From: Patescibacteria group bacterium | GTDB lineage: Bacteria > Patescibacteriota > Patescibacteriia > UBA1558 | Length of the DNA stretch: 64,000 bases | Direction of reading: 5' to 3' | NCBI GenBank assembly: GCA_016784445.1 | Contig: JADHUR010000001.1 | Coordinates: 89,128 to 153,127 of the forward strand | Shown here: piece after piece, positions 10,239 to 20,732 of the stretch | How the letters are laid out: each line of letters begins with the position of its first letter | Position numbering within the stretch: position 1 is the stretch's first letter | Notes under the pieces: model-generated | What the model was told of the DNA's origin: nothing | Seen by the model: only the letters and a program-made list of their open reading frames with translations | The model's database searches: none | Translations under genes and position numbers: made by a program

Positions 10239-10826
10239 TTATATCTTACCTACTAAATCTAATCCTGGCTTTAATGTATCTGAGCCTGGTTTCCAATTAG
10301 CAGGACATACTTGATCACCATGTTCTCTAACAAATGAAGCTGCCTGTAATTTTCTAAGCAGTTCTGCTGCGCTTCTACCAATGCCATCATTGTGTACTTC
10401 ATACACTTGAATAACACCATCAGGGTCAACAATAAAGCTTCCTCTCAATGATACACCTTCTTCAGGAATATAGGTACCCATAGCTCTACAAATCTTACCT
10501 GTTGGATCTGCTCCCATTGGATACTTAATTTTCTTTATAGCCTCAGAAGCATCTTGCCATGCTTTATGAACAATTGATGTATCAGTTGAAAAACTGATTA
10601 CTTCTGCTCCAGCTTTCTTAAATTCTTCATAATGATTAGCCATATCTTCAAGTTCTGTAGGACATACAAAAGTAAAATCCTTCGGATAGAAAAATAGCAC
10701 ATGCCATTTACCTTTTAATTTAGCTAAATCCATTTCTTTGATTTCATTTTCATGAAATGCTTCAAATTTAATTTCTGGTAATTTCTGACCAATCATAATT
10801 GGTCTCTCATTTAATTCATTTTCCAT
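10239..10826 (-). CDS. ahpC: 2-Cys peroxiredoxin AhpC
   Basis: FYPKDFTFVCPTE and VCPANWKPG. Confidence 0.93.
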   Translation of the reverse strand: MENELNERPIMIGQKLPEIKFEAFHENEIKEMDLAKLKGKWHVLFFYPKDFTFVCPTELEDMANHYEEFKKAGAEVISFSTDTSIVHKAWQDASEAIKKIKYPMGADPTGKICRAMGTYIPEEGVSLRGSFIVDPDGVIQVYEVHNDGIGRSAAELLRKLQAASFVREHGDQVCPANWKPGSDTLKPGLDLVGKI

Positions 10827-10847
10827 AATTTCTTTATTTTATTCTTA

Positions 10848-11021
10848 TTAATTATATGGTACAAAATCACTCTTTTTAACTTTGCATGTAGGACAAACCC
10901 AATCATCTGGAATATCTGAAAATCTAGTTCCAGGTTTTATTCCACTATCTGGATCACCTTTTTCTTGGTCATAAATATATCCACAAACTTTACATATATA
11001 TTTTGTTGTTGTACTTGCCAT
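10848..11021 (-). CDS. Rubredoxin; absent from ORF track
   Basis: Manual translation [57 protein letters not shown]. Confidence 0.93.
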   Translation of the reverse strand: MASTTTKYICKVCGYIYDQEKGDPDSGIKPGTRFSDIPDDWVCPTCKVKKSDFVPYN

Positions 11022-11426
11022 TTATTTCTTATTTAATTTTAAACACTTATTACAAATACCAAAGTAGTAATTAATATTTGATTTAATCTTTCCTAGCTCA
11101 CATTTAGATTTATTACTAGCTTTAGATTTTAAATCTAAGATTGTATTACAAGACTCACAGATAAAATGATCATGACCATGTATATGTGCGTCATAATGGC
11201 TTTTCTTATCTTTAGAAGATATTTCAAGTATATATCCATGAGAATGTAAATAATCTAGATTACGATATACAGTACCTAAACTAATATTTGGTACTTCTTT
11301 TTTAACATTTTTGTATATTACTTCTGCAGTAGGATGAGAGTACACTGATTCAAGATAATCCAGAATGGCTTGCCTTTGTTTAGTAAGTCTATCCCCTGTT
11401 TTGTTAATTTTAGTCTTTATATCCAT
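11022..11426 (-). CDS. perR: Fur family repressor, PerR-like
   Basis: RLTKQRQAIL..HPTAE..SLGTVYRNL..HDHFICESC..GICNKC; heads an oxidative-stress cluster. Confidence 0.8.
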   Translation of the reverse strand: MDIKTKINKTGDRLTKQRQAILDYLESVYSHPTAEVIYKNVKKEVPNISLGTVYRNLDYLHSHGYILEISSKDKKSHYDAHIHGHDHFICESCNTILDLKSKASNKSKCELGKIKSNINYYFGICNKCLKLNKK

Positions 11427-11431
11427 ATTCT

Positions 11432-11452
11432 TATTAGGAATGATTACTATTA
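11432..11452. promoter_or_regulatory. Putative Per/Fur box (7-1-7)
   Basis: TAGGAAT-G-ATTACTA (11435-11449), a near-perfect inverted repeat just upstream of the perR start. Confidence 0.55.
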
Positions 11453-11631
11453 GTATATACTATATCTAATATATGTCAACTTAGTTATTAACAGCAGATA
11501 TATTGTAATATAATAACTATAATAAAGTCCTATTAACGACAGAACTTGCCAAAAGATATAATATATACTACTATTCATTATCAACTAACGTACATTAGAA
11601 AATAGGATATTTAACTTATAAAGGAGTAAAA

Positions 11632-11883
11632 ATGTCTAATTTATCATATAATCAAAAAGACGCCGTAAATACATCTGGTGGAGTAGCCTGGCTCATAGGC
11701 TTTCTGGTGACATTTTTTATTGCCAAGCCAGACGGAAATTCGTTTGAAGGTACAATGACATTTATGTTTGCAGGCCTAGTAGGAGCAATAATGGCCATAG
11801 TTGTTATGACTATTGCCACACTCTTTATTTCATATCGAAATACCCAAACTAAAAAACTCCTAAAAAGCCTACTGGAAAATTAG
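11632..11883 (+). CDS. Small two-TM hypothetical protein
   Basis: AAGGAG RBS, TTGCCA-17-TACTAT upstream, two hydrophobic segments. Confidence 0.6.
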   Translation: MSNLSYNQKDAVNTSGGVAWLIGFLVTFFIAKPDGNSFEGTMTFMFAGLVGAIMAIVVMTIATLFISYRNTQTKKLLKSLLEN

Positions 11884-11932
11884 TAGTCAAATGAAATTTG
11901 GCCTACCCACAAAACATCGTGGATAGGCTTTT

Positions 11933-12793
11933 TTATTTCTGACAATTAGGACAATAATGTGTTCCTCTGCCAGCGTGTCTAATTTTTTTTATAACTCCTT
12001 TACTACAAGATGTGCAATGACTCCCCTGCTTACCGAACACTTTCAAATGACCAACATATGATCCGCTATGACCATCTGCATCTACATAATCTGAAAAGGT
12101 AGTTCCTCTTTTTTTAATAGCATTATTTATTACAGTTGTGGAATATTTCCATAGCTTCTTTTTTTCATCATTAGTTAGGGTATTAATCCTTCGCATTGGC
12201 CTTACAGAAGACAAATGACAAATCTCATCTGCATAAATATTTCCAATACCAGCAATTACCTTTTGATTAAGAAGCAATGCTTTAATACTAGTCTTTCTAT
12301 TCTTTAGAACATTATTGAAATTATCTAGGGTGAAGTTTTTAAGACCCGGTTCAATTCCATAGTTATCTATTACTAAATCCAGTTCTTCTTTATCTACAAT
12401 CTGCATGTATCCAAATTGTCTTATATCGTTAAAAAATAGTTGAGACTTATCTGAGAATATAAATATTATATGTGAGAATCTACTTGGCAATCCTTGTTCA
12501 GGTCTTGGCAGTCCATGACCACCTGCAATAATATTATCTTTTTGTTGGTAAATAAGCTGACCGGTCATTTTAAGATGAATAAGTAAATAATTACCTGTAC
12601 TTAAATTAATAATTATTAGCTTCCCTCGTCTGTCTATACTGATTATCTTATTACCAACTAATTTCTTTTTAAAACCAGTAACAGATTGTTTAATAAGGTT
12701 TTTCTTCTTAACACTAATACTTACTATTTTCTTATTAATAATCTTTTTTCTAAGGTCTCTGCAAATTGTTTCTACTTCAGGAAGTTCCGGCAT
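11933..12793 (-). CDS. mutM: Formamidopyrimidine-DNA glycosylase
   Basis: MPELPEVET start, HLKMTG, GIGNIYADE, C-terminal Zn finger. Confidence 0.95.
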   Translation of the reverse strand: MPELPEVETICRDLRKKIINKKIVSISVKKKNLIKQSVTGFKKKLVGNKIISIDRRGKLIIINLSTGNYLLIHLKMTGQLIYQQKDNIIAGGHGLPRPEQGLPSRFSHIIFIFSDKSQLFFNDIRQFGYMQIVDKEELDLVIDNYGIEPGLKNFTLDNFNNVLKNRKTSIKALLLNQKVIAGIGNIYADEICHLSSVRPMRRINTLTNDEKKKLWKYSTTVINNAIKKRGTTFSDYVDADGHSGSYVGHLKVFGKQGSHCTSCSKGVIKKIRHAGRGTHYCPNCQK

Positions 12794-13490
12794 TTTTATA
12801 TCCAGCAAAAGCTTCTAATCTAATTTGACTCCTTGGCACTTGGGACTCCTCTAATATAGCTGTCATATCTTGTACGAAAGAACTTGTACCAACAATATAG
12901 TAAGTATGGGCTGAAAGTTGTGGTAAATATTTAAGTAGCATTGCTTTGTTAATTCTCCCTGTTTCACCGAGCCACACTTCTTTATCTACATCTGTTAAAG
13001 TAAATACAGTACGGAAGTTTTGTAATCCCATACTCTTAAAATCTACTAATTCAATAGCATCTGTTTCTTTATGATTAGAAAAGAATAATGTAAAGAATTT
13101 TCTAGACTTCTCTTTAGCTGCTTGTTTTAATATGCTTCTAAAAGGAGTTACACCAATACCACCGGCAAGGAATACAACAGATTCTGCATTATCTCCTAAA
13201 ACTAAATTTCCCATCGCATTGCTCATATATGCTTCTTCTCCTGGTTTTAATTTAACAGCAGCTTGTTTAAAGTCTGAATCAGTAAGTCTCATAATAAATT
13301 CGATGACTGGTTCAAAAGGAGCCGATGCTATTGTAAGTGGTTGAGATAAGGTTTTATCTCCACTTTTAAGACCGAGTGTAACAAATTGACCAGCTATAAA
13401 ATTAAAATTTGTTGGCTTTTCAAAGACAAGCTTTATAGTGCCTTCTGCTACTAGCTCATTACTTTTTAGGTATATTTTATTATTAAACAT
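12777..13490 (-). CDS. FNR-like FAD/NAD(P)H oxidoreductase
   Basis: FIAGQFV, LTIASAP, FLAGGIGVTPFRS. Confidence 0.85.
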   Translation of the reverse strand: MFNNKIYLKSNELVAEGTIKLVFEKPTNFNFIAGQFVTLGLKSGDKTLSQPLTIASAPFEPVIEFIMRLTDSDFKQAAVKLKPGEEAYMSNAMGNLVLGDNAESVVFLAGGIGVTPFRSILKQAAKEKSRKFFTLFFSNHKETDAIELVDFKSMGLQNFRTVFTLTDVDKEVWLGETGRINKAMLLKYLPQLSAHTYYIVGTSSFVQDMTAILEESQVPRSQIRLEAFAGYKNAGTS

Positions 13491-13547
13491 ATTGCTTTAT
13501 ATATTAATTATTTGTATGATGTATATGAAATTATTAAACAAAATCTT

Positions 13548-14294
13548 ATGATTTGGATATATACATTAGTTAGTATTGCCATTGTTAGTCTAATTTCGCT
13601 GATTGGTATTATAACACTGTTTGCTAGTGATAAGAAATTATGTAATATGATTTCCTCAATGGTAAGTCTAGCAACTGGCGCCCTGTTTGGTGGTGCATTC
13701 ATACATATGATACCAACTGCTTTTGCTAGTTCAAATAGCTCAACATATATCTCTCTTAGTATACTTATTGGTATTGCCCTATTCTTTGCTTTAGAAAAGT
13801 TTCTTCACTGGCATCATGAACATCACCATCATCATAAGGAAGATCATATTAAACCATTTGGTTATTTAAATCTAGTATCTGATGGACTACACAATTTAAT
13901 TGATGGTATTATTATTGCTGCAGCTTATATGATAAATATTGAAGTAGGTATTGCAACTACCATTGCGGTAATATTACATGAAATACCTCAAGAGATTGGA
14001 GATTTTGGTTTACTTCTTCATGCAGGTTTTTCTAAGATAAAAGCATTACTTCTTAATCTTATGACAGCTTCCTTATCTTTTGTAGGTGCCATACTAGTAC
14101 TTGTTATTGGGAATAGCTTTGAAAATATTACAACTTATGCCCTAGCGCTAGCTGCTGGAGGGTTTGTCTACATTGCGGGATCAGATCTTATTCCTGAATT
14201 ACAAAAAACTACTAACACCAAACAATCTATTAAACAATTTCTTATTGTAGGACTTGGTGTAGCTCTAATGTTTCTATTAGTATTGTTTGAATAA
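13548..14294 (+). CDS. ZIP family metal transporter
   Basis: His-rich loop HWHHEHHHHH, LHNLIDG, LHEIPQEIGD; ATG at 13548. Confidence 0.9.
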   Translation: MIWIYTLVSIAIVSLISLIGIITLFASDKKLCNMISSMVSLATGALFGGAFIHMIPTAFASSNSSTYISLSILIGIALFFALEKFLHWHHEHHHHHKEDHIKPFGYLNLVSDGLHNLIDGIIIAAAYMINIEVGIATTIAVILHEIPQEIGDFGLLLHAGFSKIKALLLNLMTASLSFVGAILVLVIGNSFENITTYALALAAGGFVYIAGSDLIPELQKTTNTKQSIKQFLIVGLGVALMFLLVLFE

Positions 14295-14313
14295 TTGAAT
14301 TTTATTGTAATAA

Positions 14314-14339
14314 AAAACCCTAACAATTGTTAGGGTTTT
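14314..14339. terminator. Bidirectional intrinsic terminator
   Basis: Palindrome AAAACCCTAACAATTGTTAGGGTTTT between convergent genes. Confidence 0.75.
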
Positions 14340-14355
14340 CTTTTGTTTGATTTAA

Positions 14356-15093
14356 TCAATTAAGAGTGAATGCATCCTGCATCTCCTCAATCTCATCAAC
14401 CAAATAGGTTCGTTTAGGTAAAAAACGTTTAGCGATGTTCAGGGCATCTCTGAAATGATTATTATCTATATTCAGTATAATAATCTCTTCAACAATGTCC
14501 TCTGGTGTTTTAATACTCAAATTAGCAGCCTTGTCATAATGTCTATCCCAAAGAAGTTTTCGAAAATAAGCTCTGGCATACTCAGACATATCAAGATCAT
14601 ATTCAAGAGCAATTTGCATTTTCCTTTTAGATGCTAAACTTTCGTCTGATAAAACATGGCCCACTACTTCACTAATATCTTCATTCGACATAGTCCATTC
14701 ATACTCAAACCTAATAGAATCATTACGTGAAGACCGAAGAAGAGACTTATAAATGAGTCTTTCAATTTTTTTCACAATAATAGGATCAGAAACATATTTT
14801 TTTACCCACTTCAATTCAGAAATAGAGATGACTTCCCTTCTTCCGTCATATGTAGCCCAAAAAATACCAAATGATTCCCATATCGACCTGTTAGTAACCT
14901 GGTCAAGAGCTGTAGGAAAAATGCTAGAAATTTTATCCAGCAAATCATTCTTCCTCTGAGAGTAACTGTTGTAATTTTCAATTACATACAGAAAAGCTTC
15001 TCTTACCAGATCGACATGTCGCCAGCCCTGATCATCTTTTTTAAATGCCACCATCAACTTAACTACCGTGTTACTTGTCTCACTTATCAGCAT
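14356..15093 (-). CDS. Hypothetical alpha-helical orphan protein
   Basis: 245-aa ORF with AAGGAG RBS and TTGACA-17-TAATAT promoter. Confidence 0.65.
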   Translation of the reverse strand: MLISETSNTVVKLMVAFKKDDQGWRHVDLVREAFLYVIENYNSYSQRKNDLLDKISSIFPTALDQVTNRSIWESFGIFWATYDGRREVISISELKWVKKYVSDPIIVKKIERLIYKSLLRSSRNDSIRFEYEWTMSNEDISEVVGHVLSDESLASKRKMQIALEYDLDMSEYARAYFRKLLWDRHYDKAANLSIKTPEDIVEEIIILNIDNNHFRDALNIAKRFLPKRTYLVDEIEEMQDAFTLN

Positions 15094-15251
15094 TATGTTC
15101 TCCTTTCGATTTGAGTCCGTCGACTTTTTTTGTTCGCTGATTTACATTACCTATCCTTACTTTTAAATAACAATGAATAATCTATATTAGAATTAAATAG
15201 CATAAATGTCAAGTATATAAAAACACCTAACTAAGTGTTAGGTGTTTTTAA

Positions 15252-15337
15252 TGGTGGGCCGGGTAGGACTCGAACCTACGAAGGCGAAAGCCAGCAGATT
15301 TACAGTCTGCCCCGTTTGACCACTTCGGTACCGACCC
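15252..15337 (-). tRNA. tRNA-Tyr (GUA)
   Basis: GCAGA CT GTA AA TCTGC anticodon arm, long variable arm, CCA end. Confidence 0.95.
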
Positions 15338-15358
15338 ATACATATTTATAACTAATTG

Positions 15359-15433
<75 letters not shown>

Positions 15434-15439
15434 ATCTTA

Positions 15440-16318
15440 TTATAACTCATCTACTAATTCTTTGTATTCTTCCAATTTCCGATTATCTGGATTAGTAGCA
15501 ACCAATGCCTGCCAAGTCTCATTAGCTAATTTTTTATCTTGAACCATTATACTGATTTGTAGTAAAAAGTCAAGATATTTAGGATTATTAGGTTCAATTT
15601 GCAAAGCCTTCTGTGTCATTTCTAATGCTTTTTCCATTTCTTCCTGCTCATTGTATAACTTTGCTAAGTTTATATACACGTCCCCCGTTGTATCATCTGA
15701 CTTTAATGCAGATAAATAATTATCTTCAGCTTCCTTTAAATTACCCCTCTCTTCTGCAATAGCTCCAAGATTAGAATATATTTGTCCATCTTCAACTATT
15801 TTTAATAGATAATTATATAGTTCGATAGCATGCTCATAATCTTTCTGATCCCAATAGATCTTAGCTAATTTCATATATGCTTCTTTATTCTTTGGGTCTA
15901 GCTTTAATATATCTATATATCTAGCCTCTGCTTCTTTAATATCATTAGCAGATACCATTTCCTGTGCTTCTGTTTGTAATTTAGAAATCTTCTGTTCTTT
16001 ATCTACTTCCTCTTTAAAATCTGCATGTAATAGTTTATGTCTATATTCTTCTTCTTTTTTCTTAAAAGAATTTACTAAATTATCCAGTAGTGAAACAATT
16101 TTATCCCATACTGGCTTCATTGTAGATAAAACAATTCTAAAGCCACCAATAAATTGCCTTTTAAGTCTTTGCTCAAGTAAGGCCTTCTTTAAATCTTCTT
16201 GTTTATCGTCAACTGAAGAACTCGTCTCAACAAGTGTTAATTGGGGGAATTTACCAATAAGAATATATGCAATAATTAGAGCAGAAACTAAAATTATAAT
16301 TAATAGAAATATATACAT
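15440..16318 (-). CDS. Membrane-anchored TPR protein
   Basis: N-terminal TM; repeated AY..LA..Y / A...Y..AL...P TPR patterns. Confidence 0.8.
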   Translation of the reverse strand: MYIFLLIIILVSALIIAYILIGKFPQLTLVETSSSVDDKQEDLKKALLEQRLKRQFIGGFRIVLSTMKPVWDKIVSLLDNLVNSFKKKEEEYRHKLLHADFKEEVDKEQKISKLQTEAQEMVSANDIKEAEARYIDILKLDPKNKEAYMKLAKIYWDQKDYEHAIELYNYLLKIVEDGQIYSNLGAIAEERGNLKEAEDNYLSALKSDDTTGDVYINLAKLYNEQEEMEKALEMTQKALQIEPNNPKYLDFLLQISIMVQDKKLANETWQALVATNPDNRKLEEYKELVDEL

Positions 16319-16319
16319 A

Positions 16320-17183
16320 TTATGCTTTATTATTTGATCCTAAATGCTTAATCTTTCTAATAACTACTTCCGAAACAGCTTCAATACTTGGCCCAAGAAT
16401 TTTTCTTGGATCAACATAATCTGTTTCCTTATTAACTGTTTCTTTAAGCTTTTCAGTAAATGCAACTCTTAATGAAGTATCTATATTTACAATCTGAATA
16501 CCATGCTCAATAGCCTTTGTTAATTCATTATCAGGTATACCAGATGCTCCATGAAGTACCAATGGTACAGAAATAGCTTTACGTATTTCATCAAGTCTAT
16601 CGAAATATATTTTTTCTTTACCCTTAAATCTTCCATGATAAGTTCCAACAGATATTGCTAATGTATCTACACCTGTTTTTTCAACAAACTCTACTGCTTG
16701 CTGAGGATCTGTTAAAAATTCTTCCAATTTTTCAAAGTTACCATTTACTAATCCTTCTTTACCAAAGATTCTACCAAGCTCACCTTGTGCCCATACTCCA
16801 TGCTTATGTGCATAATCTACAGACTCCTTAGTAATCTTAACATTTTCATCGAAAGGCAGATCTGAAGCATCTATATGAATAGATGAGAATCCTGCATTGA
16901 TACATTCAGAGACAGATTTAAATGAATGACCATGATCTAAATGGAGAGCCACTGGAATATCAGCTGCTTCATTCTTAGCAATAGTTTGTACAATATGTGT
17001 AATTGGCTTAAGACCTGCATATTCAATTGTTTTTTCACTAACTTGAATAATTATGGGAGCTCTTACCTTAACAGCTGCTCTTGTGACACCTAATGTTGTT
17101 TCAAGATTGGCTACATTAAAAGCACCTATACCATAATTACCTTCTTTAGCTTTTGCTACAATTTCCTTTATATGAACTAACAT
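16320..17183 (-). CDS. fba: Class II fructose-bisphosphate aldolase
   Basis: VALHLDHG, LAISVGTYHG, PLVLHGASG. Confidence 0.92.
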   Translation of the reverse strand: MLVHIKEIVAKAKEGNYGIGAFNVANLETTLGVTRAAVKVRAPIIIQVSEKTIEYAGLKPITHIVQTIAKNEAADIPVALHLDHGHSFKSVSECINAGFSSIHIDASDLPFDENVKITKESVDYAHKHGVWAQGELGRIFGKEGLVNGNFEKLEEFLTDPQQAVEFVEKTGVDTLAISVGTYHGRFKGKEKIYFDRLDEIRKAISVPLVLHGASGIPDNELTKAIEHGIQIVNIDTSLRVAFTEKLKETVNKETDYVDPRKILGPSIEAVSEVVIRKIKHLGSNNKA

Positions 17184-17186
17184 ATT

Positions 17187-17951
17187 TTATTTATAATTTA
17201 TTATTGGTTTAAATTTTTCAATATCTATTGAGGCTCCTCCTACCAATACTCCATCGATAGATGGTTTACTTAAAAAGCTCTTAACATTCATACCATTTAC
17301 ACTACCACCATACAGTACAAATATATTATCTGCAACGACTCCAGCTGGCATAAATTCTAGCAATGATCTTTTAATAGCTGCTTGGGTTATTTCTGCTTCA
17401 TCTGGATCTACTGCTTGACCTGACCCTATTACCCAAACAGGCTCATAAGCAATTAATAAACTATCTCCTTTTTTTAGCCATATATCTTTGAGTCCATTTA
17501 ATACTTGATCAAATAATACAGATTCCTTTTGACCAGCTTGTCTTTCTGTAAATGTTTCACCAATACATAATATTGGTATAAGACCAGCTTTTAAAGCCGC
17601 TTTAATTTTCAAATTAATACTCTCATTACTTTCATTTAAAAGCTTTCTTCTCTCTGAGTGTCCAATGATAACATACTTACAACCATATTCCTTTAAAGTA
17701 TTAGCACTAATACTACTAGTATATGACCCTTTCTCCTCCCAGAAAACATCCTGAGAGCCCAAAAACACGCCTGTAGGCTGTAATATTTTAGCAATTGCAG
17801 CTATTTCCGTAAAGCTTGGACAAATGACCAATTCGAGGTCTTTTTTACCTTTAAGAGATTTATACTCTTTAGCAATATTCTTAGCCTGAAGTATAGCCTC
17901 TTTAGGCATTAAATTCATTTTCCAGTTTGCAATAATATATGTTTTACTCAT
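17187..17951 (-). CDS. tpiA: Triosephosphate isomerase
   Basis: ANWKMN, IGHSERR, AYEPVW, LYGGSV, LVGGAS. Confidence 0.95.
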   Translation of the reverse strand: MSKTYIIANWKMNLMPKEAILQAKNIAKEYKSLKGKKDLELVICPSFTEIAAIAKILQPTGVFLGSQDVFWEEKGSYTSSISANTLKEYGCKYVIIGHSERRKLLNESNESINLKIKAALKAGLIPILCIGETFTERQAGQKESVLFDQVLNGLKDIWLKKGDSLLIAYEPVWVIGSGQAVDPDEAEITQAAIKRSLLEFMPAGVVADNIFVLYGGSVNGMNVKSFLSKPSIDGVLVGGASIDIEKFKPIINYK

Positions 17952-17955
17952 AGTA

Positions 17956-18426
17956 TTAAAAACTTAAGATAAATCCTTTAGATAATAGTGTCATAATAAT
18001 AGCGGCAATAATTGCACCGCCTGAAATAATAAGTAATGATTGTTTTTTAGGTAATCCAAATAACCAAGCAGCAATTGATCCCGTCCAAACACCTGTGCCT
18101 GGTAATGGAATAGCTACAAATAATAATAGAGCAAAATAGCCATATTTCAATACTCTATCTTGAGTTTTATGTCTTGTTCTATTTATTACCCAATTATATG
18201 TTTTAGAAACAAAATTCATTCTATCCTCAATAATCTTATCTATATAAGATAATCCCCAGAGTAATAATATTGCGGGAATAATATTTCCGATAATGGCAAC
18301 AATTACTAAAGCTACCCACTGATCACCGTATGTTAATATTATCCAAGGTACTGTTGCTCTAAGTTCTGTTACTGGCAACATTGATAGAAAAAAAGATAAT
18401 AGATATGGTTTTAAAATTAACATCAT
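17956..18426 (-). CDS. Small multidrug export family membrane protein
   Basis: SMLPVTELRA..P and FVAIPLPGTGVWTG. Confidence 0.8.
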   Translation of the reverse strand: MMLILKPYLLSFFLSMLPVTELRATVPWIILTYGDQWVALVIVAIIGNIIPAILLLWGLSYIDKIIEDRMNFVSKTYNWVINRTRHKTQDRVLKYGYFALLLFVAIPLPGTGVWTGSIAAWLFGLPKKQSLLIISGGAIIAAIIMTLLSKGFILSF

Positions 18427-19358
18427 TATTTATTAATATTAATATCTGGCCAGATATAATTATCCTGTACCCATTGAATTAAAGATTTGCCCTCTTGAAA
18501 ACGAATATATCTATCTTCTGAACCAAGTATGATTGTTAAAATCTCTTGACCCCTATCTCCTTTACTGATTGTTAATAGACAACCGCCCGCTTCATCTGAA
18601 AAGCCAGTTTTTCCTGCAATAATATTTAAATATGTTTCCAGTAATGAATTTGTTGATTCAACTCTATTATATCTTCCATTATTAATTATCTGATAACTTA
18701 TATCTTTAGTACCCGCTATATTTAATATATTTTTATCTACAAATAATTCTTCTGCAAGTAATACTAAATCTTTTACGGTAGATTTATTACCACTATCGAG
18801 TCCAGTTGGATCAGTAAAAACAGAATCTATCATACCAAGCTCCATGGCTTTTTCATTCATCTTTATAATAAAACTCTCTAAAGAAAGTCTGGTTGATCTA
18901 GCAAGGGTAATAGCTGCTGTATTATCTGATGCAATAAGTACTGACTTTAATAAATCACCTGTTAAAACTTTTTCTCCTTTAAACAAATAGAATCTACCAC
19001 CCTCTCTATAATCTGATTCTAAAATTGTAATTTCTTCCTCAAGTCCTGGTCCAAAATCCTGCCAAACAAGTACTGTCATAAGTTTTGTTAAACTAGCAAT
19101 AGATTGCTTATTGTCTATATTTTTTTGCCATAATATAGCTCCTGAATTTCTATCTAGGGCAATTGCAGATTTTGCAGTAATATCTACTCCTAGTGAATCA
19201 TTTAAAACTTTTCTAGGCATATTATCTGCACCCTGTTGAACCAAATAATCAATTCTATTAATATCTGACTGATAATCTAAAGTACTAAACCAAGCTGTTG
19301 GCATAACAGATAATTGTCCAATAACTATTAAATTAAGTAAAAATTCCCAGAATACCAT
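18426..19358 (-). CDS. D-alanyl-D-alanine carboxypeptidase (peptidase S11)
   Basis: ASLTKLMT (SxxK), SDN (SxN), GKTG (KTG). Confidence 0.88.
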   Translation of the reverse strand: MVFWEFLLNLIVIGQLSVMPTAWFSTLDYQSDINRIDYLVQQGADNMPRKVLNDSLGVDITAKSAIALDRNSGAILWQKNIDNKQSIASLTKLMTVLVWQDFGPGLEEEITILESDYREGGRFYLFKGEKVLTGDLLKSVLIASDNTAAITLARSTRLSLESFIIKMNEKAMELGMIDSVFTDPTGLDSGNKSTVKDLVLLAEELFVDKNILNIAGTKDISYQIINNGRYNRVESTNSLLETYLNIIAGKTGFSDEAGGCLLTISKGDRGQEILTIILGSEDRYIRFQEGKSLIQWVQDNYIWPDININK

Positions 19359-20038
19359 TATATTATCTCTTCCTTATCTATTAATTTGAATGATTTATTA
19401 CCCAATGACTCTATATTATAGTTTACAATTTGTACTCTTTGTAATATTTCTACTTGAAATCCAACTGCTTCCATCATTCTTCTAATTTGTCTTTTCCAGC
19501 CCTGATGAAGAACTAAATACATTTCCTTGGGTCCTCTTTTTTCTAAACTATCTACTTTCGCTATACCTTCATCTAATTCAATACCATGTTTTAACTTAGC
19601 TATTAATTCTCTAGATATTTTTTTAGTAAGCCTTACTCTATATTCCTTAGCATGCTTATAGCTTGGATGAGTTAATTGTTGAGCAAGGTCTCCATCGTTT
19701 GTGAATAATAATAATCCTTCAGAATCTTTATCTAATCTTCCAACTGGAAAAAGATTATGATATTTCTCCGGCAATAAATCATAAACCGTTTTTCTACCAA
19801 GAGAATCATGAGCCGTTGTTATATATCCAACAGGTTTATTAAGCATTAAATATTGATTTGACTTGGGCAATTCAACAAACTTTCCATAAGCCATTATTTC
19901 ATCCTTATCTGGGTCTACTTGTACTCCCATTTCAGTAATAATCTCACCATTAACACTAATAACTCCTTCTTTGATTATTTCTTCTGCTCCCCTTCTGGAA
20001 GCAATGCCAGCTGCTGCTAAATATTTTTGTAATCTCAT
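19358..20038 (-). CDS. rluB: rRNA pseudouridine synthase (RluB/RsuA family)
   Basis: S4 domain MRLQKYLA..SRR; VGRLDKDSEGLLL; follows scpAB. Confidence 0.88.
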   Translation of the reverse strand: MRLQKYLAAAGIASRRGAEEIIKEGVISVNGEIITEMGVQVDPDKDEIMAYGKFVELPKSNQYLMLNKPVGYITTAHDSLGRKTVYDLLPEKYHNLFPVGRLDKDSEGLLLFTNDGDLAQQLTHPSYKHAKEYRVRLTKKISRELIAKLKHGIELDEGIAKVDSLEKRGPKEMYLVLHQGWKRQIRRMMEAVGFQVEILQRVQIVNYNIESLGNKSFKLIDKEEII

Positions 20039-20039
20039 T

Positions 20040-20732
20040 TTATGAATATACATTAACTGTTAAGCGTTCAGGTTCACTGTTTTCTTCAATGTCTGATTTA
20101 TCCTCTTCCTCATCCTCTTCTTTACTGACCCCTTCTTTATTATTCACCTCATCATCTGAAACAAAATTATCCATTCCCTCATCATCCTCTTCATCTGGAT
20201 TAAAAAGTTTGTGTAAATCTTTATTATTATTTAATACTTCATAATCTGGTAATTCATTTACATCATTAATTCCCAAGAACTTTAAAAAATCTACTGTTAC
20301 AAAATAATAGCTAATTAACATCTTTTTATCATCCTTTTTCATAACAAGACCTCGAATCATAAGATTACGAAGAATCATACTACAATTAACTCCTCTTATC
20401 TGTTCTAGCTCAGCTTTTGTAATAGGTTGACGATAAGCAATGATAGTTAAAGTTTCAAGTGACGGTCTACTTAATTCACCAGTTGTTTCATCTTTTATAA
20501 ATGTCTTTACAAGTTCCGCTTGTTCAGGTGCTGTTGTAAATTGTATAACACCACTATTGTCTATAATTCTAATGCCGGACTCATCTGTATTAAATTTCTC
20601 TTTCAATTCTTCAATTGCTTTTTTAACATCAGGAAGTTTAGAACCTTCAATTAAATCCTTAATCTTTGTTATCTTTAAAGGCTTTGTTGTAACAAATAAT
20701 AGACTTTCAATTTGTACTTTTAAATTTTTCAT
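20040..20732 (-). CDS. scpB: SMC-Scp complex subunit ScpB
   Basis: LETLTIIAYRQPITKAELEQIRGVN; acidic tail. Confidence 0.92.
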   Translation of the reverse strand: MKNLKVQIESLLFVTTKPLKITKIKDLIEGSKLPDVKKAIEELKEKFNTDESGIRIIDNSGVIQFTTAPEQAELVKTFIKDETTGELSRPSLETLTIIAYRQPITKAELEQIRGVNCSMILRNLMIRGLVMKKDDKKMLISYYFVTVDFLKFLGINDVNELPDYEVLNNNKDLHKLFNPDEEDDEGMDNFVSDDEVNNKEGVSKEEDEEEDKSDIEENSEPERLTVNVYS

